64,000 nt of DNA, taken from assembly GCA_963727625.1 (NCBI GenBank), contig CAVSHR010000005.1:736001-800000 (forward strand), in the 5' to 3' direction. The first letter of the stretch is position 1. Every line of letters starts with the position of its first letter. Made by a program: the position numbers and the translations under genes. Shown in pieces: positions 59,338-64,000 of the stretch. The notes under the pieces were generated by a model that did no database searches, was not told the DNA's origin, and worked only from the letters and a program-made list of their open reading frames with translations. Origin of the DNA: an uncultured delta proteobacterium (lineage in GTDB: Bacteria; Desulfobacterota; Binatia; UBA9968).

Positions 59338-62300
59338 CTAGTAGCGCTTGCCAAGGTCCTGGAGCGCCTTAAAGGCTTCGGCGTCGTCGGGCGCGAGCGC
59401 GAGAATTTCCCGGTATTTTTGCTCCGCCTCTTTGAACTTGCCTAATTGGGCATAGGCTTGGCCGAGCGAAAAGCGTAAGTCGTTGCGCCGCCGGCGCATC
59501 CGCAGCGCGTCGCGATATTCTTGCACCGCCTTTTCCCACATGGCAAGCTTGTAATAGACGATGCCGAGCTCCGTGTGGACGGTCGCCGAGTCCTCGCCCT
59601 TGGTTTTGGCTTTTTCCAGCAACGCCCTCGCCTCCTGCAATTCTTCTTTTGCTTTCGCCTCGTCGGTCTGAAGCTGCGCCTTCGCCGCCACCAAACGCCC
59701 CCACGCGAGTAGAACTGCGGGATGCTCCGGCTGGAGGTCGCGCGCCCGCACAAACCATTTCTCAGCCTCCGGCAAATTGCCGCCGTGAAGCGCGATATTA
59801 CCCAAGCCGAGATAAGGCAACACCTCTTTGTTACCCATATCGATCACCTTTCGGTAAACCGCCTGGGCCTCGGGCAGGTAGAATTCATCGCTCATCGCCA
59901 ATACTTCGGGAATATATTCCTTACCGTTCTGTAGCGCGGCAAACGCCTCCCTGGCTGCCTCGACGCTCTTGTCTTCGTCGAGAAAGATTCGCATTTTCAA
60001 AAGATGAAACGCGGGGTTTTTCGGTTCGAGGCGAAGCGCTTCGTCGATCTCTTTGAGCGCCCGGCCGCGCAATTGGCTCACCAGATGGGCTTGCGCCATG
60101 TAGTAATGATGCATCGCCTCGGGCACCGCCAGCGGCTTGTTTTTCAACCAGGGCGGTGCATCGACTAGATAGGGTGTCATGAGTTTACGATTAAGATCGG
60201 TGGTCGCGCGGCGAAGATTTTTCGGCGCGGAGAACTCCAGCTGCGCGCCGTCGTCGGTGTTGATGGCGGCTCCCTTGGAGAACGCCAGAAAGCCGTCCCG
60301 GTCCATCCGGTAAAACCCCTGCACCGCATAAACGTCGGAAAGACCCAAGTAGTCGAAATCGGACTGCATCGTTTTGTTGCTGTCGTAAATCTTTTTCACC
60401 GCCGCGTAATCGAAAACCTGCTGCTTCTTACTGCCGACCAGGAGAAAATCGCTTTCCTTCATACCCCATAGCGAGACGTAGGGGAATGCTTCGGCGAAGG
60501 TGCGAAACACCATCCGGAAATCGTCCGGCGACATGGAGTAGTTATGAAACCACTGGGCGAAAATCCCGTCGTCCTTAATCTTGGACCTAATGACTTGATA
60601 AAATTCTCGGGTATAGAGATTGGCGATGCCGGCGATCCAGGGATTGGACGGCTCGGCGCTAATCACGTCGTAGAGCTCGGGGGTTGCTAAAATGTAATTT
60701 CTGCCGTCGGTCGGGATCACACGCACCCGTGGATCTTCGAGCACGCTCGAATGGCGCGATTGGCGGGCGTTGCGCGACAATCGGTCGATGGCGCCGCGGT
60801 AGTCGACATCGTCCGAGCGCTTCAACAATTCGGCGCGCGCGTCGCGCTCCATCACTCCCTTATAGTACAGCCGCTTTTCCTTGGCGTCGTACCACACCCG
60901 GCCCTTCGAGCCGTCGGCGGGAAAGGTCACACCCGGCGGTAGTTTCTCGAGCTCCACCCAGGCACGGTTGAAATACTTGCTCGCTTCGATCATCGCAGGC
61001 TCGATCTCGATGACTTCGATCGATTTGATCGACTTGAAAGCCGCCACCGCCTTGGCCGACATGCCGGTGCCCAAGCCAATGATGACCGCATTTTTCGCGG
61101 TCGGATGCAGCAACATGGCGATGTATCCGGTCATCAGCTGGCTCAACGCATCGCCATAAGAACCATCGATCTTGCCGTTTGATCTGAAATAAAGGTAGTC
61201 GCTGCCGGGAATGCTGTGGACGCTCACGGTCGTGGTCAAGCCTTCGCGATAATAGAGCACATCGTCCCGCTTCATCTCTTCGACGCGCAGCGAGTCGGTC
61301 GGCAGGGACTCGTAGCGATCGGCGTAGATCGTTACCCCGCTCGTAAGGATACTTGGATCCCAGCGGCGGATTTTAAACGGCACGATCACCGCCAGCGCGA
61401 GCACGGCCACACCGAGAGCGTAGCGCGGCACCGAGGAAAGTTTCGCGTCGCTGATGACTAGCCATGCTCCGATCAAAAGATTCATCACGACGGCGAAGAT
61501 GATCGTATTTTGCACGCCAAGATTCGGAATCAATAGAAAACCGCCGGCAAAGGCGCCGAGCACCGCGCCCACCGTGTTGGCGGCGTAGGAATTGCCAACG
61601 CCGCTGCCCACCCGATACAGGCTTTGGGTGAACAAGCGCGCGACCAATGGAAAGGTCATGCCCAACAGTACCGTTGGAATAAACATGACCAGCGCCGACA
61701 AGAAGACCTGCAAATTGATAAACACGGTGAATGTATCGCCGAAACCTTGAAGCAGCCGAACGAAAATTAACGGTAATTTCTCGAACAGCGGAATGGTCGC
61801 CAGTGCAGACAACCCGACCCACAGCTCGATCAAACCGAAAGTGCTCAAGCGCGGTTCGCGCCCGCTGAGAAACCGCGCGTAAATAAAGCCGCCGAGGGAT
61901 AAACCGACGAGAAAAGTCACCAGCATCGTCGAGAAGGAATAGATGGAGCTGCCAATGACCATCGTGAGCGATCGCGTCCACGCGTTTTCGTAAACCAGAG
62001 AGGCGAAACCGGACAAAGCGAACGAAGTCAGCAGCACCCAGCGCAATTTCGACGAGCTCGATATCTCCGTCGTCTCCCTCGCCTCCGCGGGCGCCACGAC
62101 CGCTTCCGGAGCGGTGATCATCGGGGATTTATCGCGAAAGACATCGGCGATTAAAATGACCGCCGCGATAATCAAGTTGGACCCGGCGGCGACGAAAACG
62201 GTCATGCGCATGCCCAAGGCCGGGATGAGAAAGAATCCCGCGGCGGCGCAGCCGATCACCGCACCGAGGGTATTCGTGGCGTAAAGATCGCCGACGCGCT

Positions 62301-62784
62301 GGCCGAACTGCGCGAAGCTGCGCACGAAGAATTTACTGAGCACCGGCAAAGTCGCGCCCATCAACAGCGTGGGGAAGACCAGCAAGACAAAGGACAGGAA
62401 GAAAAGCACCAGGTTGAAGAGAAATGGATAGGATTCGTTCAGTCCGAAAATCGGCCCGTAGATTTTCTCCGTCATGCTGAAAATCCACGGCACCAAGAAA
62501 CCGTACACGCCGACGCCGGCTTCGAGGACGCCGTATAATAGGAAATCGTTTTTGCCGCGGTCGGCGATCTGTCCGAAGAGATAGCTACCTATGGCCAGCC
62601 CCGCCATAAATGCCGACAAGACGGTCGCGATGGCGTAGGTCGTGTTGCCGAAAATTTGCGTTAGCATGCGGGTCCACACGACTTGATAGATCAAACCCGC
62701 CGCGCCGGAGAAGAAGAAACAAAAGAGACCGACAAGCAACAGCCAATCTTGTTTCGAACCCTGGGCACGATCCGTCATACGCAC
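59338..62784 (-). CDS. Fused multi-TM (MFS-like) / spermidine-synthase-like SAM-binding protein with C-terminal TPRs
   Basis: Two repeats of SGxAxLxYxxxWxRxL...GxxYAxNTxGA membrane halves, IIGLGTGMS, IEIEP, DGRNYI, YDVISAEPSNPW, C-terminal TPR helices. Confidence 0.88.
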   Translation of the reverse strand: MRMTDRAQGSKQDWLLLVGLFCFFFSGAAGLIYQVVWTRMLTQIFGNTTYAIATVLSAFMAGLAIGSYLFGQIADRGKNDFLLYGVLEAGVGVYGFLVPWIFSMTEKIYGPIFGLNESYPFLFNLVLFFLSFVLLVFPTLLMGATLPVLSKFFVRSFAQFGQRVGDLYATNTLGAVIGCAAAGFFLIPALGMRMTVFVAAGSNLIIAAVILIADVFRDKSPMITAPEAVVAPAEARETTEISSSSKLRWVLLTSFALSGFASLVYENAWTRSLTMVIGSSIYSFSTMLVTFLVGLSLGGFIYARFLSGREPRLSTFGLIELWVGLSALATIPLFEKLPLIFVRLLQGFGDTFTVFINLQVFLSALVMFIPTVLLGMTFPLVARLFTQSLYRVGSGVGNSYAANTVGAVLGAFAGGFLLIPNLGVQNTIIFAVVMNLLIGAWLVISDAKLSSVPRYALGVAVLALAVIVPFKIRRWDPSILTSGVTIYADRYESLPTDSLRVEEMKRDDVLYYREGLTTTVSVHSIPGSDYLYFRSNGKIDGSYGDALSQLMTGYIAMLLHPTAKNAVIIGLGTGMSAKAVAAFKSIKSIEVIEIEPAMIEASKYFNRAWVELEKLPPGVTFPADGSKGRVWYDAKEKRLYYKGVMERDARAELLKRSDDVDYRGAIDRLSRNARQSRHSSVLEDPRVRVIPTDGRNYILATPELYDVISAEPSNPWIAGIANLYTREFYQVIRSKIKDDGIFAQWFHNYSMSPDDFRMVFRTFAEAFPYVSLWGMKESDFLLVGSKKQQVFDYAAVKKIYDSNKTMQSDFDYLGLSDVYAVQGFYRMDRDGFLAFSKGAAINTDDGAQLEFSAPKNLRRATTDLNRKLMTPYLVDAPPWLKNKPLAVPEAMHHYYMAQAHLVSQLRGRALKEIDEALRLEPKNPAFHLLKMRIFLDEDKSVEAAREAFAALQNGKEYIPEVLAMSDEFYLPEAQAVYRKVIDMGNKEVLPYLGLGNIALHGGNLPEAEKWFVRARDLQPEHPAVLLAWGRLVAAKAQLQTDEAKAKEELQEARALLEKAKTKGEDSATVHTELGIVYYKLAMWEKAVQEYRDALRMRRRRNDLRFSLGQAYAQLGKFKEAEQKYREILALAPDDAEAFKALQDLGKRY

Positions 62785-63117
62785 TCCTTAACGCCCCCGG
62801 TAAAATAATCCAGGCAGTGATAGCAGGCCGTTGGCGAACTGTAAAGGGTCGCCGCTTACACGGTCATCCCGCCGCATGAAATCGCGCGACAACCGCGCCG
62901 GGAGCTACAGGCTCAGTCACTCCGTTCGTTGACTTCAGCGAAAATGTCGTATAAGCATGAATACCGTCTAGGCGTCCTGAATCTGAGAACTCACTCCTAA
63001 TTTATTATCTGACTGGCCCTGGGAAGTTCGTCTTCTTTCAGGACAAAACGTTATTTATACACAACAATCCAACGACTCCGGCTAAGTAAAAGATCGAAAC
63101 ATTTTTGGAGGAAAGCA

Positions 63118-64000
63118 ATGGCACACGCAAAGCGAGACGGCGCATCACCGGAAGAAGTCAGAGACCTGCGGCACGCGATTGAATGGATGAAGAAAGAAGG
63201 GGATATCCTGATCACGGATAAAGAAGTGGATCCCGACCTCGAGATCACCGGCATCCAAAAACAACTCGACGGCGGCTGCCCGATTCTGTTCAACAACGTT
63301 AAAGGCAAACCCCATCACCGTTGCATCACCAATCTTTTTGGCGACATGAACGTCATCAACAAGATGTTCGGCTGGAAAGACCACGCCGATCGCACACGCA
63401 AGCTCGCCTACGCCGTCACCCATCCCATCGCGCCGATCGTCGTCGATCAAAAAGACGCGCCGGTCCAAGAAGAAGTCTTCGAAAAGCCGGCCGAAGCCAA
63501 TGAATACGTCGTGCCGATCCGCCATACCAACATCGAGCCCGAGCTGACCGTCGGTTCGGGCAATCGTTTGATTTCCGGCGAGCACTTCAACGGCGGAACC
63601 GATCTCGGCTACAACCGCATGAATTTCCGTTGGGGTAACGTCGGTACCTTTCAAATTTCCCCCGGCTCGCATATGTGGCAGGTGGTAAGCAAATATTACA
63701 AAGACAATCAAATGGTACCGATCACGATGAACTTCGGTTTGCCGCCGGCTGGTTCTCTACTCGCCGGCGCGGGCTTTGATTACGTGATCCTACCGCAGGG
63801 TTGCGATGAAGTCGGTATCGCCGGCGCCGTGCAGGGCGCGCCCATGCGCATAGTGAAAGCTCGCACCGTTGACGCCTATGCACTCGCCGATGCCGAAGTC
63901 ATATTGGAAGGCTACGTCAATCCGCGCGACCGCCGCTTCGAGACCGCGGAGTCGGAAAAAGCCGGCGTTCAAGGCCGTTTTCATTTTCATCCGGAGTGGG
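63118..64000 (+). CDS. UbiD-family prFMN-dependent decarboxylase, phthaloyl-CoA decarboxylase-like (partial, runs off window edge)
   Basis: Not in the ORF track. GGAGG SD, then MAHAKRDG...EVDPDLEITGIQKQLDGG...GYNRMNFRWGNVGTFQISPGSHMWQV...AGAGFDY.ILP.GCDE.GIAGA.QG...EGY...QGRFHFHPEW; open to the edge. Confidence 0.88.
   Translation, partial: MAHAKRDGASPEEVRDLRHAIEWMKKEGDILITDKEVDPDLEITGIQKQLDGGCPILFNNVKGKPHHRCITNLFGDMNVINKMFGWKDHADRTRKLAYAVTHPIAPIVVDQKDAPVQEEVFEKPAEANEYVVPIRHTNIEPELTVGSGNRLISGEHFNGGTDLGYNRMNFRWGNVGTFQISPGSHMWQVVSKYYKDNQMVPITMNFGLPPAGSLLAGAGFDYVILPQGCDEVGIAGAVQGAPMRIVKARTVDAYALADAEVILEGYVNPRDRRFETAESEKAGVQGRFHFHPEW

Noticed and set aside
58457-59341. 294-aa ORF antisense to proC
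   Set aside because: Shadow ORF.
62982-63030. CTGAGA...CTGA...GGGAA resembling a TPP riboswitch
   Set aside because: Lacks the TAAT-x-CC-x-GCG-x-AGG core and proper P1-P3; downstream gene is unrelated to thiamine.
63145-63990. Minus-strand 188-aa and 66-aa ORFs
   Set aside because: Antisense to the real UbiD-family gene on the plus strand.

Overview
GC-rich bacterial chromosome segment. The gene content and paralogous signalling modules suggest a deltaproteobacteria-like lineage such as Binatia, but this is inference only. In order along the window: (1) a minus-strand treZ-glgX-treY-glgE glycogen/trehalose operon, with glgE running off the left edge; (2) a ~24 kb signalling island of 7 histidine kinases and 6 stand-alone response regulators, only two of which carry a DNA-binding output (a sigma54 activator and a NarL-type regulator), with several sigma54 promoters; (3) an isolated tRNA-Sec; (4) a complete alternative complex III (actABCDEFG)-SCO-caa3 (A2-type) oxidase operon; (5) envelope genes (OmpA, MscL, YdbH/YdbL-like, TamAB); (6) proC and a membrane-anchored spermidine-synthase-like TPR protein; (7) a partial UbiD-family gene resembling phthaloyl-CoA decarboxylase at the right edge. 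The best novelty candidates lie in the island: a recurring Cys-bearing GAF subfamily (ACRNLDExxW), a duplicated 6-TM sensor domain, a kinase with a degenerate GGDEF-like tail and an in-frame heptamer-repeat insertion. Outside it are a candidate sigma54-driven GGA-rich sRNA and a ~70-aa insertion in the spermidine-synthase-like domain. I saw no CRISPR array, rRNA, transposase or integrase. All family assignments come from motif recognition, not database searches.
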